From Rubripirellula sp. (GTDB lineage: Bacteria; Planctomycetota; Planctomycetia; Pirellulales; Pirellulaceae), in the NCBI GenBank assembly GCA_965216875.1, contig OZ244207.1, positions 6,240,001 to 6,304,000 on the forward strand: a stretch of DNA of 64,000 nucleotides. The letters run 5' to 3'. The position numbers were made by a program, and so were the translations under genes. Shown one piece after another: positions 1-10,171 of the stretch; the stretch's first letter is position 1; every line of letters begins with the position of its first letter. The notes below the pieces were generated by a model. It made no database searches, was not told the origin of the DNA, and saw only the letters and a program-made list of their open reading frames with translations.

Positions 1-21
1 CGTGGTTTCGGGATAAGTCAT
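1..21 (-). CDS. Possible 5' end of a gene running off the left edge (MTYPETT...)
   Basis: Minus-strand ATG at 21 preceded by a purine-rich AAAGGAAG; only 7 codons are visible. Confidence 0.3.
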
Positions 22-475
22 GGACGATTCGCTTCCTTTCGCGGGTTGTTGGCAGTAAGCACGTGGCATCGCCACGAGAACCGAACTTGCCGCGATGACA
101 AATTGCCCAGCGATAAATCGAAATCGGCGAAAACTCACGTCCAATCCTTTCAGTGCTCTATTGCGTTGATTCTTGGTGCTTTGCATGCAACCGAAGCGAG
201 GCATCTGACGCCGGTTTCCCCGATCATGGGAGGTCCCCCATCGCCGGAATTCAACCATCGCCAATTTCGCTCACCTCGATGCTCCAACGTAACCGAATCG
301 GACGCTACGATGTAGCCAATCGCTTTGCCCCTCCCATTGGCGGGCGTTAGCGAGTTGTGGGCAGACTTGATCGGGCGACAAACGGTCACGTTGATGAAAG
401 CAGAATCTTTGGGCAGCCTTCATCAAACGCATCGGGCGCCGCGCCGCGTCATTTGAAAAAGTAGGAAGACACATT

Positions 476-3016
476 GTGTCTGGGGCAACTTCCATTGCGT
501 CAGGGCGATCGGCTGCGCTGCGCAACCGATTCGTCGGTCTCGTGCACCGTCAACCGTTGATGCTTCTGGCAATCTCGGCATCCGTCGGTGTGTGCACGGA
601 CCAATACCTTCAGCCGTCGCTGACCTTCTGGTTCATGATCACCGGAATGCTTGTGGCGGCTGCTCTTGTGATTCAACCGCTGCGATGGTGTTTGGTGGTG
701 CTTTTGTTCGTGCCGCTTTTTGCCTTGCGGCACCAACAACATTGGCAGGACTTGTGGTCGGCTTCGATCTTGGAAGTCACCGACCCCAATGAGCGTATCG
801 CAATCGTCGAAGGGCTCATCGACACGCCCGTGACACTTCGCCGCCACCCACTGGCTCGAGACACCCATGCCAAAGCGGGCGGCGACCGCGGTCGGCCTGA
901 TCGTCGGCCGCAGTGGCAAACGCGCATCGAATTGAGCGTGCAGCGCATTCGATTGGCCAATTCACTTGAACCGACCGATGGCCGACTGTTGATTGTTTGC
1001 GATGGAAAGCTGGATCACCTTCGACCTGGTGATCGTCTCCGAGCGTTTGGAGCGTTGCGTGCTTTTGGAGCTCCGACAAATCCAGGAAGCCAAGACCTGC
1101 GGATCGCTTACCAACGCAAGGGGCTGCATGCCCGGTTTATGGTATCTGGTCCCAAGCAGATTGAATTGATTGACTCGAATCGTTTGCACGTTGGCCGTTG
1201 GGTTGCCGAACTTGCATCGTCCGGTCGTGAGTGTTTGATTCGCAATACCGATTCTACGACGGGACCACTCGCCGTCGCACTTGTGTTGGGCCAGCGCGAC
1301 TATGTCGATGCGAAGACACGCGACCAGTTGTTGGTGACCGGAACGGCTCACTTGTTATCGGTGTCAGGCTTGCATCTCGCCATTGTGGTTGTGCTTGCGC
1401 GGTGGGTTTCGTTCTTGATCCCTGCCCCCATGTTGATGCGAGCTTTATTTGTGGTTGCGGTGTGCGTTCTTTACACCATCGTCACCGGCGCTCGGCCTCC
1501 CGTCATGCGAGCTTCTGTTTTGGTGATGGCGATGGCATTGTCGACTTGGGTACGTCGTCCAGCACAACCTCTCAATTCATTGTCGCTGGCAGCGCTCGTA
1601 TTGCTCGCGACCAATCCGACACTTCTGTTTAGCGTTGGAGTTCAGCTTTCGTTTCTTGCGGTTGCAACGTTGATGAGCTTTGGTGCGTTGTCGGGTGCGG
1701 GCGATGCGCGTGACGCGTTGTCACAGCGATTGGAAGAGCTCGCTGAATCGTCCTACCGCCCCTCGGTACGTTGGATGCGAGCTGCATTGGCGAGCGTTCT
1801 GCAAATGGCAAAGTTCAGTCTTTTTGTCACGCTCGCATCGCTGCCGCTGATCTGGCAACACTTTCACGTGATCTCGCCGATCAGTGTGTTGACCAACGTC
1901 GCCCTTTGGCCATTGATGTTTGTCGCACTCAGCAGCGGTGTCGCTACCGTCACGCTCGGTTTGGTTTATGAACCGCTCGCCTTTTTGCCGGGACAAGTCT
2001 GCGAACTCGCTCTCCATGGAATGCGACTGGTCATCGAGACATCCGCCGAAATTCCTGGCGGTCATTTTTGGTTGCCGGCACCTCCAAGCGCCTTGGTCCT
2101 CTTGTACTACGTCGTCTTAGTTGCTTCGATCAGCTTGAAGCAAGAAACGGGCAATCGTCTCCGCTTGGTTTGGATTGCGTCGTGGATCATCGTCGCGGTC
2201 TGGTGCTCGCTGCAGCCCGCGCCGCTTCCCGATGGAACGCTCGAGGCCACCTTTGTCGATGTCGGGCATGGGACAAGCGTCGTGCTTCGGTATTCCGACA
2301 ACGATGTCTGGTTATACGATTGCGGACGCCTCGGAAATGACGTCGGAAGTAGCCGCGGGATCGACGAAACACTTTGGTCCCTTGACGTCACGCGATTAAA
2401 TGGCGTCTATGTTTCGCACGCTGATGCCGATCACTACAACGCACTTCCAGGATTGCTTGAGCGGTTTCGCATCGACCAAGTCCTTGTGTCGCCAAACATG
2501 TTGTCAAAACAGGAGAGCGGTCTTGAGGCGGTGCGCCGTGCGATTGAAAGTTCGGGCGTCGAGGTGAAAGAGATCTGCCGTGGCGATGTCATCAACGCAT
2601 GTCGATTCGAAACGAGCGTGTTGCACCCGCCCCGTGACCGGATCGACGGAAGTGACAACGCCAACAGTCTCGTGTTGCGGATCGCGCAAGGTGGAAAAAC
2701 GCTTGTCCTTCCGGGTGATCTCGAATCGCCTGGGACAGAAGCGCTGCTTTCGCAAGAGCGACCGCCGCCCGGCGGCGTTTTGATGGCGCCGCATCATGGA
2801 AGTTTGACCAAAGATTCGAGCGCAGTCTTACAGTGGGCTCGACCGCGGGAAACGATCGTCAGCGGGGGCCAGAGGGCTCGCCGGCCGGAGGTCGCTGAGA
2901 TGCTCTCGCTAACGGGGTCGAGTGTTCACGTGACCGCCAATGTGGGTGCGATTCGCGTCCGGATCGACAACCGCGGCGAAGTTGAAGTCCGATGTTGGAA
3001 AGTGGACCCTTGGTAG
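476..3016 (+). CDS. comEC: ComEC/Rec2 family DNA uptake protein (OB-like, Competence membrane domain, metallo-beta-lactamase domain)
   Basis: Motifs HLLSVSGLH, PVMRAS, QLSFLA, DVGHG, SHADADH, NANSLVL, GDLE, PHHGS. Confidence 0.93.
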   Translation: MSGATSIASGRSAALRNRFVGLVHRQPLMLLAISASVGVCTDQYLQPSLTFWFMITGMLVAAALVIQPLRWCLVVLLFVPLFALRHQQHWQDLWSASILEVTDPNERIAIVEGLIDTPVTLRRHPLARDTHAKAGGDRGRPDRRPQWQTRIELSVQRIRLANSLEPTDGRLLIVCDGKLDHLRPGDRLRAFGALRAFGAPTNPGSQDLRIAYQRKGLHARFMVSGPKQIELIDSNRLHVGRWVAELASSGRECLIRNTDSTTGPLAVALVLGQRDYVDAKTRDQLLVTGTAHLLSVSGLHLAIVVVLARWVSFLIPAPMLMRALFVVAVCVLYTIVTGARPPVMRASVLVMAMALSTWVRRPAQPLNSLSLAALVLLATNPTLLFSVGVQLSFLAVATLMSFGALSGAGDARDALSQRLEELAESSYRPSVRWMRAALASVLQMAKFSLFVTLASLPLIWQHFHVISPISVLTNVALWPLMFVALSSGVATVTLGLVYEPLAFLPGQVCELALHGMRLVIETSAEIPGGHFWLPAPPSALVLLYYVVLVASISLKQETGNRLRLVWIASWIIVAVWCSLQPAPLPDGTLEATFVDVGHGTSVVLRYSDNDVWLYDCGRLGNDVGSSRGIDETLWSLDVTRLNGVYVSHADADHYNALPGLLERFRIDQVLVSPNMLSKQESGLEAVRRAIESSGVEVKEICRGDVINACRFETSVLHPPRDRIDGSDNANSLVLRIAQGGKTLVLPGDLESPGTEALLSQERPPPGGVLMAPHHGSLTKDSSAVLQWARPRETIVSGGQRARRPEVAEMLSLTGSSVHVTANVGAIRVRIDNRGEVEVRCWKVDPW

Positions 3017-3222
3017 GACATTGCGGATCGCCTGACGGTTTTCCGGTTTTTCCGAATATTCGGGCAGGTAAACCGGCGTATCGGTGGTGGAGCCAACGTG
3101 ACAATTTTCGCTGAATGTGTAGGATTGAGAGGATTGGCGACGCCACGTTGGGGTTGGGTGTTGCCAGGGCCTAGCTCACTTGCTCGGCGACTCTCTCACC
3201 CATTTACCTGCCTCGAGAGTTG

Positions 3223-4194
3223 ATGCTCGCTGTTCTCCGCGAGATATCGGTAACGTGCTTTTTCACCAGCTACCTTGTGGTGCTTGTGCTGGAATTGCTG
3301 CGCGTGTTGGGCAGGATCCCAGGGCGTGCGTTGCTCGTGATCGCGATGACCGCGATTGGCTTGTTCACCCACGTCACTTTCTTGATGTTGCAGGCGTCGG
3401 CCGAAGCCGAAGCGGTTGGCACAGGGTTATTCGCAACCTGGTCCGATTGGTCACTGCTGATCGCGCTCGGACTGGCGATTTGTTTTTTGATCCTGTATCT
3501 GCGACGCCCCGACACCATTGTCAGCTTCTTTTTTCTGCCCTGCGTTTTGGCTCTGATCGGATTGTCGCTGTTGCTACGCGACTTGGCACCGTTTTCCAGA
3601 AGCGAAGCGGTCGAACTTTGGCGCAGCATCCACGGCATTTCGATGACCGCCGGTTCGATCGCGGTCTTGATCGGGTTCATCGCCGGAGTGATGTACCTGG
3701 TCCAGTCATGGCGTTTGAAACACAAGCGTGCTGGATCTTCGTTTCGTCTGCCCACACTGGAATCGCTCGGCAAACTTAACCGCCGATGTCTGGTCACCAG
3801 TACGGCTGCGGTCGCCGCTGGCTTGGTGGCCGGTGTCGTGATGAACTTGAATCGCTTCGGGCACGTCGGTTGGACCGATGGCGGAGTCCTGTTGAGCGTC
3901 TTGTTGTTTGTCTGGTTAGCAGTCGCGACGAGCGTCGAGTATTTCTACGAACCGGCGAGTCATGGACGCAAAGCGGTCTACCTGACCCTTGCGAGTCTTG
4001 GCTTTCTCGTGTTGGCCATGATCGGCGTTCTGAGTGGATCGCATGGCGAATCGGTCAACGATCCGGTGCCACCAGCAAACGTCGAACTCTCAACCGATTC
4101 AGCGACCGTCCCTTCTCCTTCGACGATCGAAAGCGCTCCTTCGGTGACGGAAAGCGCTCCTTCGACAACGGAAAATGAAGGAGACCCGGCGTGA
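3223..4194 (+). CDS. CcsA/HemX-like cytochrome c assembly family membrane protein
   Basis: Multiple TM helices with conserved His, LPTLESL motif; overlaps the hemA start; Ser/Pro/Thr-rich tail. Confidence 0.75.
   Translation: MLAVLREISVTCFFTSYLVVLVLELLRVLGRIPGRALLVIAMTAIGLFTHVTFLMLQASAEAEAVGTGLFATWSDWSLLIALGLAICFLILYLRRPDTIVSFFFLPCVLALIGLSLLLRDLAPFSRSEAVELWRSIHGISMTAGSIAVLIGFIAGVMYLVQSWRLKHKRAGSSFRLPTLESLGKLNRRCLVTSTAAVAAGLVAGVVMNLNRFGHVGWTDGGVLLSVLLFVWLAVATSVEYFYEPASHGRKAVYLTLASLGFLVLAMIGVLSGSHGESVNDPVPPANVELSTDSATVPSPSTIESAPSVTESAPSTTENEGDPA
4117..4176 (+). repeat. About 3 imperfect 21-bp tandem repeats encoding PSTIESA/PSVTESA/PSTTENE
   Basis: gaaagcgctccttcg recurs at a 21-bp spacing in the C-terminal tail. 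Confidence 0.7.
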
Positions 4195-5480
4195 ACATGA
4201 AGTTGCAAATGATCGGCTGCAGCCATCATGATGCTGCAGTTGAATTCCGCGAGCGTGTTTCGTTCACGGCGGAACAGGTCAGCGAAACGCTCAGCGCCTT
4301 TCGAAAACGCTTCCCGAAAGGTGAGCTGGTCCTGATCAGCACGTGCAACCGTGTTGAGCTTTACGCTTCGGGTGGCGACGGCGATGTTCTCGATCATGAA
4401 TCGGTCGCAAAGTTTCTAGCCGACCAACAACACCTTCGCGCCGACGAAGTTGTCGACCAGATGATTTACCGAGCCGGTTCGGAAGCGGTCGAACATCTGT
4501 TTACGGTCGCCGCCAGCTTGGACAGCATGGTTTTGGGCGAGGCTCAGATTCTGTCACAGGTCAAACAGGCGTACGACCTTGCGTTGACCAGCGGATCGGC
4601 TGGACCGTTGACCAACGCGGTTTTTCAAGCGGCACTGCGGACGGCTAAGCGGGTCCAGGACGAAACTTCGATTCACCGGCGTCGTGTCAGTATTCCGAGC
4701 GTGGCAGTTGGCGAGGTCGTCCCCGAAGTCTTCGATTCGCTTTCGAACAAACGGGTCGTCCTTTGCGGTGCCGGTGAAATGGGCGAAGAAACGCTCCGCT
4801 ACCTCAAGCAAGCTGGCGCTACGAACATCTGCATTCTCAATCGTAGCTTTGAACGCGCCGTCGCGTTGGCCAAAGCTTTTGGCGCCGAAACGGCTCCTTG
4901 GGAATCATTGAACGAACACGTCGTGGAAGCTGATTTGATGATCGGCACGACGGCGGCGACCGAGCCCATTTTGGATGATGCGACGTTTCGCGCGCTGCAC
5001 GCCAAGCGGCACGGCCGGGTGATGCTGATCCTGGATCTGGCCGTTCCACGCGACTTTGATCCGTCCATTGGCGACCACGCTGGAATCTATCTTTATCAAA
5101 TCGATGACCTCGAATCGGCCTGTGAACGAAATCGCACCGAGCGAAAGAAAGAGTGGCCAAAGGCGAAAAAGATCATCGATGATGAAACGCAACGTTTCAT
5201 TCAAGCGATCAACCACCGCGCATCAGGACCGGTGATCCAGCGACTTCGCAGTCAGGCTCAAGAAGTCAAACAGGAAGAGCTTGAGCGATTGCTTAACAAG
5301 CTCGAAGGTGGCCAGCTTGATGACGCCGAAGTTGGCAAAGAGATCGAAAAGTCGTTCGATCGATTGGTCAACAAGCTGCTGCACCCGCCGCTAAGTTCGA
5401 TTCGGGACGACGCGGCCGAAGGACACCGTCACGGTTTGCTCGATGCGATGCGAAGGCTGTTCAATCTGGGTGATGAGTGA
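4191..5480 (+). CDS. hemA: Glutamyl-tRNA reductase
   Basis: STCNRVELY, SLDSMVLGEAQILSQVK, GAGEMG, DLAVPRD; AAGGAG RBS upstream. Confidence 0.97.
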   Translation: MNMKLQMIGCSHHDAAVEFRERVSFTAEQVSETLSAFRKRFPKGELVLISTCNRVELYASGGDGDVLDHESVAKFLADQQHLRADEVVDQMIYRAGSEAVEHLFTVAASLDSMVLGEAQILSQVKQAYDLALTSGSAGPLTNAVFQAALRTAKRVQDETSIHRRRVSIPSVAVGEVVPEVFDSLSNKRVVLCGAGEMGEETLRYLKQAGATNICILNRSFERAVALAKAFGAETAPWESLNEHVVEADLMIGTTAATEPILDDATFRALHAKRHGRVMLILDLAVPRDFDPSIGDHAGIYLYQIDDLESACERNRTERKKEWPKAKKIIDDETQRFIQAINHRASGPVIQRLRSQAQEVKQEELERLLNKLEGGQLDDAEVGKEIEKSFDRLVNKLLHPPLSSIRDDAAEGHRHGLLDAMRRLFNLGDE

Positions 5481-5582
5481 TCACTTTGGGCGATAAGTGA
5501 TCACGGGAGTTTCGTCGTTCTGCCTCGGGGCAAATTCTTCGGCTGAAACTGCGACGAAGATCAAGAGTTGATTGCTGGGTGA

Positions 5583-6788
5583 TCAGTCCCAGTCTTCATC
5601 CTCGTCTTCTTCTTCTTCGTCCCAATCCTCGTCGTCGTCTTCATCTTCGTCGTCTTCGTCCCAGTCTTCGTCGTCGTCGTCGACTTCTTGCCACTCATCG
5701 CCTTCGTCATCGATGTCGTCAAGATCTTCGTCGTCGTCATCGTCGTCGAGGTCGTCTTCGTCCTCTTCGTTGTCCCATTCATCGTCGAGGTCATCGCCGA
5801 AGTCATCTTCCTCGTCGTCGTCCTCGTCGTTCCAGTTGTTCTCCTCGTCATCGTCATCGATGGAGGCGTTGGGATCTTCGATCACAGCCGTATCCGACTG
5901 AGCGTTCTGAGGATCGCTAAGCAACGAGGTTTCGGATTCGGACTCAGAGAGAACCGGCGCGACGGCAATACTCACGACAGACTCCTTCGGGGATGTCGAC
6001 AAATCATCAGTGGGAGAATCGATTGATGCAGGTTCAGGATCGTCTTCGACCTGGTCTGGATCGTCTTGCAGAGTCTGCCATTGGATCGGTGGCAGTGCAT
6101 CTGCACTAGTCAGTCCAAAAAGTTGTAAAAAACGTTTCGTGGTACCGTAAAGATAGGGGCGCCCCAACTCCTCGCTACGTCCAGCGATACGAATCAAATC
6201 ACGTTCCATTAGCTGACGCAACAGCTCACCGCAGGCGACCCCCCGAATTGCTTCGGCGCTGGCTCGGGAAACCGGCTGGCGGTAGGCGACCACGGCAAGC
6301 GTTTCCATCATCGGCGTCGACAAGCGAACTGCTGGAGGCAAATGGCCAAGTTTCGTGAGCCAAGGTGCCAAAGCAGATCGGGTCATTAACCGATACCCGC
6401 CCGCAACCAGTTCCACCCGCAACGCTCGAGCGTGGGTTTCGTAGACGCGGTTGAGTTGGCGGACAAGTGTACGGGCCTCCGTGGCGTCCGCCAAGTCAGC
6501 CAATTGAGCTAACTTTCGGGTCGAGAGTGGTCCTTTGGCCAATAAAAGTATGGCCTCCACACGCATCTGCTTGATTCGCGGGTCATCCTCTTGGCCCGAA
6601 GGGGCCAATTCAGCCGTCGTGGTCGGCTGGGGTGTCGCACGGCAAACATCGTACGGACGAACCGGACGCAAGTTTTTTTGGCTGCCCGACAGCAGATTCG
6701 CCAACGGATGACCGCACAAACTGGACGAACTTGATTTCGACCAATCAGCGGCGTTTGCAAATTCGGCGGGGGATCCTGTCCGCTTCAT
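5583..6788 (-). CDS. scpB: SMC-Scp complex subunit ScpB with a long acidic C-terminal tail
   Basis: ETLAVVAYRQPVSRA, IRGV, GRPYLYGTTKRFLQLFGL; last ~90 aa mostly D/E. Start codon uncertain. Confidence 0.93.
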   Translation of the reverse strand: MKRTGSPAEFANAADWSKSSSSSLCGHPLANLLSGSQKNLRPVRPYDVCRATPQPTTTAELAPSGQEDDPRIKQMRVEAILLLAKGPLSTRKLAQLADLADATEARTLVRQLNRVYETHARALRVELVAGGYRLMTRSALAPWLTKLGHLPPAVRLSTPMMETLAVVAYRQPVSRASAEAIRGVACGELLRQLMERDLIRIAGRSEELGRPYLYGTTKRFLQLFGLTSADALPPIQWQTLQDDPDQVEDDPEPASIDSPTDDLSTSPKESVVSIAVAPVLSESESETSLLSDPQNAQSDTAVIEDPNASIDDDDEENNWNDEDDDEEDDFGDDLDDEWDNEEDEDDLDDDDDDEDLDDIDDEGDEWQEVDDDDEDWDEDDEDEDDDEDWDEEEEDEDEDWD

Positions 6789-6831
6789 GGCTTACATTAG
6801 AGGTTGAACTGGCGTCGCCGGTTCGGTTGAT

Positions 6832-7692
6832 TTGGTTCGATCAGTCTCTTCAACCGTCCTGCACGTCCCATCGGCGTCCAAAAAAGCAACATCCCGCAAC
6901 AAAGCTCCCGTGTCCACCTCGGTTTCCAACTCCACCGCCAAGCCGCGCAAACGCAAGAGCAAGCTGCGAATTTGGGTTTCTGTACTCGGTGGCCTGTTCG
7001 CGATCGTCATCGTTGGCATTGTCGTGCGAACGCAGGGGCGTGTTTCTGGCGTCGAATTCACGCCGACCCACTTCCAACAGCGGGAGTTCAGCTTCTATGA
7101 GATCCCGATCCTGCACCTGCAAATCACCCCCATCAAACGCCGCTCGAGTACGCCCGCGACCGCGCTTTACCTGCGACAAAACTCCCTCGTGAAAATTGCC
7201 AAGGGCCCGCCGACAGACGACTCCTGGCACGTCGTGAGCGTTTCACGAGGGCTCGCAGGACAACGGCCCATCGATGCAAAGTTGCTCGTCGATCAACTCG
7301 AAGCCCAACCCCAAAGTGATCCCTTCTGGGAAAAATGGAGTATCGACAATCCAGAGCACGCAAAAGTGCTTTGGCCCGTCATTCAGAAACTGGCCCAGCG
7401 GGAACTCTACGTTCTGATTCCCAAGGTCTTTGAGCTCGCCCGACAAGACTCTCAACCCGATGAGCTCGCCGAGCGGATTGACGAGTACCTTCGCCAGGAA
7501 TACTCGCAATTGATCACCGACATGCGCGATGCAAACCGCGACGAGCTGGCTGACGGTCTGGTGGCGGAAATCCTCGCCGATTTTCCTGATGACCCTGAAC
7601 TCGCCAAGCTTCGACAGTCATCGAGTGCTGCGGCCGACAGCGACGGGGACAGCGGGGTCGATCGTGAGGATGCGGCGAGCACTGGCCGCTAG
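6832..7692 (+). CDS. Hypothetical protein with a basic N-terminus and one TM helix
   Basis: 286-aa ORF filling the gap; hydrophobic stretch IWVSVLGGLFAIVIVGIVV after KPRKRKSK. Start uncertain. Confidence 0.7.
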   Translation: MVRSVSSTVLHVPSASKKATSRNKAPVSTSVSNSTAKPRKRKSKLRIWVSVLGGLFAIVIVGIVVRTQGRVSGVEFTPTHFQQREFSFYEIPILHLQITPIKRRSSTPATALYLRQNSLVKIAKGPPTDDSWHVVSVSRGLAGQRPIDAKLLVDQLEAQPQSDPFWEKWSIDNPEHAKVLWPVIQKLAQRELYVLIPKVFELARQDSQPDELAERIDEYLRQEYSQLITDMRDANRDELADGLVAEILADFPDDPELAKLRQSSSAAADSDGDSGVDREDAASTGR

Positions 7693-7789
7693 TCCCCAAC
7701 TGGCCCCTGATCCTCAATCTTTGCGGTTTGTGTAATCTCTGCGATTGGTTTTGGACTCGCCGCTCTTACTTCCCTGACTTCCGTTTGTC

Positions 7790-8929
7790 GTGATCTACTT
7801 AGACAACAATGCGACCACCGCGATCGACCCGCGCGTTGCCGATCTTGTCGTTGAATCGTTGCGGTCAGGACCTGCGAACCCTTCAAGCCTTCACCAGCGC
7901 GGACAGAACGCCCAATTCGAAATTGACGAAGCGCTTGCCGTCATCGGTCATTCCCTCGATGCCTCATTCGACCAACCGGGCGGTCCACGACTGATTCTGA
8001 CCAGCGGCGGTACGGAATCGAATAACCTGGCCCTCTTTGGAATCGGTGACCCCGATAAGGCGGTCGTCGTCTCGCGGATCGAACACCCCAGTGTTTTGGA
8101 AGCGGCCAAAGCACTCGAGGCCGCCGGCCGCTCGGTCGTGTGGATCGAAGCCCTACCAAGCGGCGAGGTCGACCTGACGTCGCTTCCCGAAATCCTGGCC
8201 ACCAATGACGTTGGCTTGGTTTCGATCATGTCGGCCAACAACGAAACCGGTGTGATTCAGCCGTTCAAAGAAGCCGCGCAGATCTGTCGCGATGCGGGTG
8301 TACCGATGCACGTCGACGCAACCCAATCGATCGGCAAAGTCCCCTTCTCGCTCACAGATTCCGGTGCCGCCGCCGTCACTTTTACGGCGCACAAGTTTCA
8401 CGGGCCGGTTGGGATCGGTGCTCTTTACCTGGACGCTGGAATCAAAGTCCGACCGATTTTCCACGGTGGTCAACAACAACTCGAGTCGCGTCCGGGAACG
8501 GAATCAGTCCCCTTGGTACGAGGCATGGCCGAGGCGGTGCGACTGGCGGCCGACGAGTTATCCACATCGGCCGAGAGGATGCAGACGCTTCGTGACAAGC
8601 TCGAAGCGGGACTCCTTGGCCGCCATCCAGAGATCGTGATCCAGGGGGCCACGGCCAAGCGAATCCCCAGCACCAGTTGCATCTCCTTCACGGGGACCGA
8701 TCGCCAATCGATGCTGATGGCTCTCGATATGGCGGGGATCGCCTGCAGCAGCGGTTCGGCGTGCAGCAGCGGCAGCAGTCCTCCAAGCCACGTTTTGCTC
8801 GCGATGCAGGCAGAATCGAGCCAGGTGGAATCGGCAATCCGGTTTGGTGTCTCGAAGTTTTCCACCACCGAAGAAATTTCTAAAGCAATCGACACTATCT
8901 CCAATGTTTTCAACAGGTTAAGTCGCTAG
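7790..8929 (+). CDS. Cysteine desulfurase (IscS/NifS-like, PLP-dependent)
   Basis: IYLDNNATT, TSGGTESNN, NNETGVIQP, HKFHGP, SSGSACSS. Confidence 0.95.
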   Translation: MIYLDNNATTAIDPRVADLVVESLRSGPANPSSLHQRGQNAQFEIDEALAVIGHSLDASFDQPGGPRLILTSGGTESNNLALFGIGDPDKAVVVSRIEHPSVLEAAKALEAAGRSVVWIEALPSGEVDLTSLPEILATNDVGLVSIMSANNETGVIQPFKEAAQICRDAGVPMHVDATQSIGKVPFSLTDSGAAAVTFTAHKFHGPVGIGALYLDAGIKVRPIFHGGQQQLESRPGTESVPLVRGMAEAVRLAADELSTSAERMQTLRDKLEAGLLGRHPEIVIQGATAKRIPSTSCISFTGTDRQSMLMALDMAGIACSSGSACSSGSSPPSHVLLAMQAESSQVESAIRFGVSKFSTTEEISKAIDTISNVFNRLSR

Positions 8930-9052
8930 AAAATGGTGGAAAACTCGGACAATTTTACTCGCCTTGTCCGACCCTCCGCGCTAAAATGACGGCTCAAGAG
9001 AAGACTCCAGTTTTCCTCTCTTGGCAAACTTGACCTGTTTTGCGTTCTTGCC

Positions 9053-10171
9053 TTGTCATCCGCAGCAACCATCGTGGCCGAGCCTGTCGAAAGCTCGCAG
9101 ATCACAACGTTCCCGCTCGAGCGGCCGTCGCTACGCGTGCGTCGTCGCGGATCGGTTGCGCACGGACTCTCGCTGCCCTACTTCATCGCAGGACCCGAGA
9201 ATCGAATGGTTTCGTTTGTGGCTCAGTCACAGAGCGAAGTCTTTGAACTAGGAAATCCGATTCTGCTGATCGGTCAAAGCGGCGTCGGCAAGACGTCGAT
9301 CGCCCTTCACTTGGCGGCGCGACATGCGGTCGAAATCGGCGACACATCGAGCGCGGCGGTGCATTACTTGCCAGCTGTCGATTTCGCCCGTCAGTACGCC
9401 GAAGCAGTCGATGCGGATGATATGCCGCCGCTGCGGGCTTCGCTTGACGATCCTCCGGTCCTGGTGATCGATGACCTGCACTTGATCGCCGACAAAGCAT
9501 CGGCCCAGGACGAATTGACGCGTCGCATCGACGCTCGGATTCAAGCCGGCAAAGCGACGCTGCTAACCTGTCGACGACTACCCGGCGAAGTTCGTGGAAT
9601 GCGACCGATGCTGGTTTCACGTGTGTTGCCGGGGCTCACGATTTCGATGAACCCGCCGATCGGCGACGCTCGCACCCTCCTGCTTCGCGAGTTTGCCATT
9701 CAGCACGACCTTGAACTTGGTGACGATCTTGTCGAGACACTTTCCTGTGGTCTCGATACCAGCCTGCCGACACGTTCGCTCGAGGCGGCGATCAAACAGC
9801 TGGCTCTTTGGTGTCGGATGAAGGATTCCGAGCCAACGATCGATGGTGTCCGTGCGACGATTGAGCTCATCGGCAAAGGTGACGAAGTGTCGCTCAGTTC
9901 GATCACCAATGGTGTTTCGCGTTACTTTCGGCTTAAGTCGGCCGATTTGCGAAGCAGTTCTCGCAAACAACAGATCGTCCGCGCCCGCTCTCTGGCAATG
10001 TTCCTTGCCCGCCGGATGACTTCCAAGAGCATGCACCAAATCGGAGCCTACTTTGGTGGTCGCGATCACACGACCGTCCTGCATGCGATCCGCAAAACCG
10101 AGTCTCTGGTCGAAGAGGACGTCGATTTGCGCCGTGCCGCCGAAGAGTTAACAGAAAAACTTGCTCGCTAG
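9053..10171 (+). CDS. dnaA: DnaA-family replication initiator, short form (AAA+ and domain IV)
   Basis: Walker A GQSGVGKT, Walker B LVIDDLH, domain IV signature FGGRDHTTVLHAIRK; directly upstream of dnaN. Confidence 0.88.
   Translation: MSSAATIVAEPVESSQITTFPLERPSLRVRRRGSVAHGLSLPYFIAGPENRMVSFVAQSQSEVFELGNPILLIGQSGVGKTSIALHLAARHAVEIGDTSSAAVHYLPAVDFARQYAEAVDADDMPPLRASLDDPPVLVIDDLHLIADKASAQDELTRRIDARIQAGKATLLTCRRLPGEVRGMRPMLVSRVLPGLTISMNPPIGDARTLLLREFAIQHDLELGDDLVETLSCGLDTSLPTRSLEAAIKQLALWCRMKDSEPTIDGVRATIELIGKGDEVSLSSITNGVSRYFRLKSADLRSSSRKQQIVRARSLAMFLARRMTSKSMHQIGAYFGGRDHTTVLHAIRKTESLVEEDVDLRRAAEELTEKLAR

Noticed and set aside
476..3016. comEC as evidence of natural competence
   Set aside because: comEC is widespread in bacteria not known to be competent, and no other uptake genes are in the window.
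5561..6026. Poly-Ser, poly-Arg and poly-Thr ORFs (5572-5901, 5579-5920, 5561-5857, 5688-6026)
   Set aside because: Alternative-frame shadows of the GAC/GAA/GAT-rich scpB tail.
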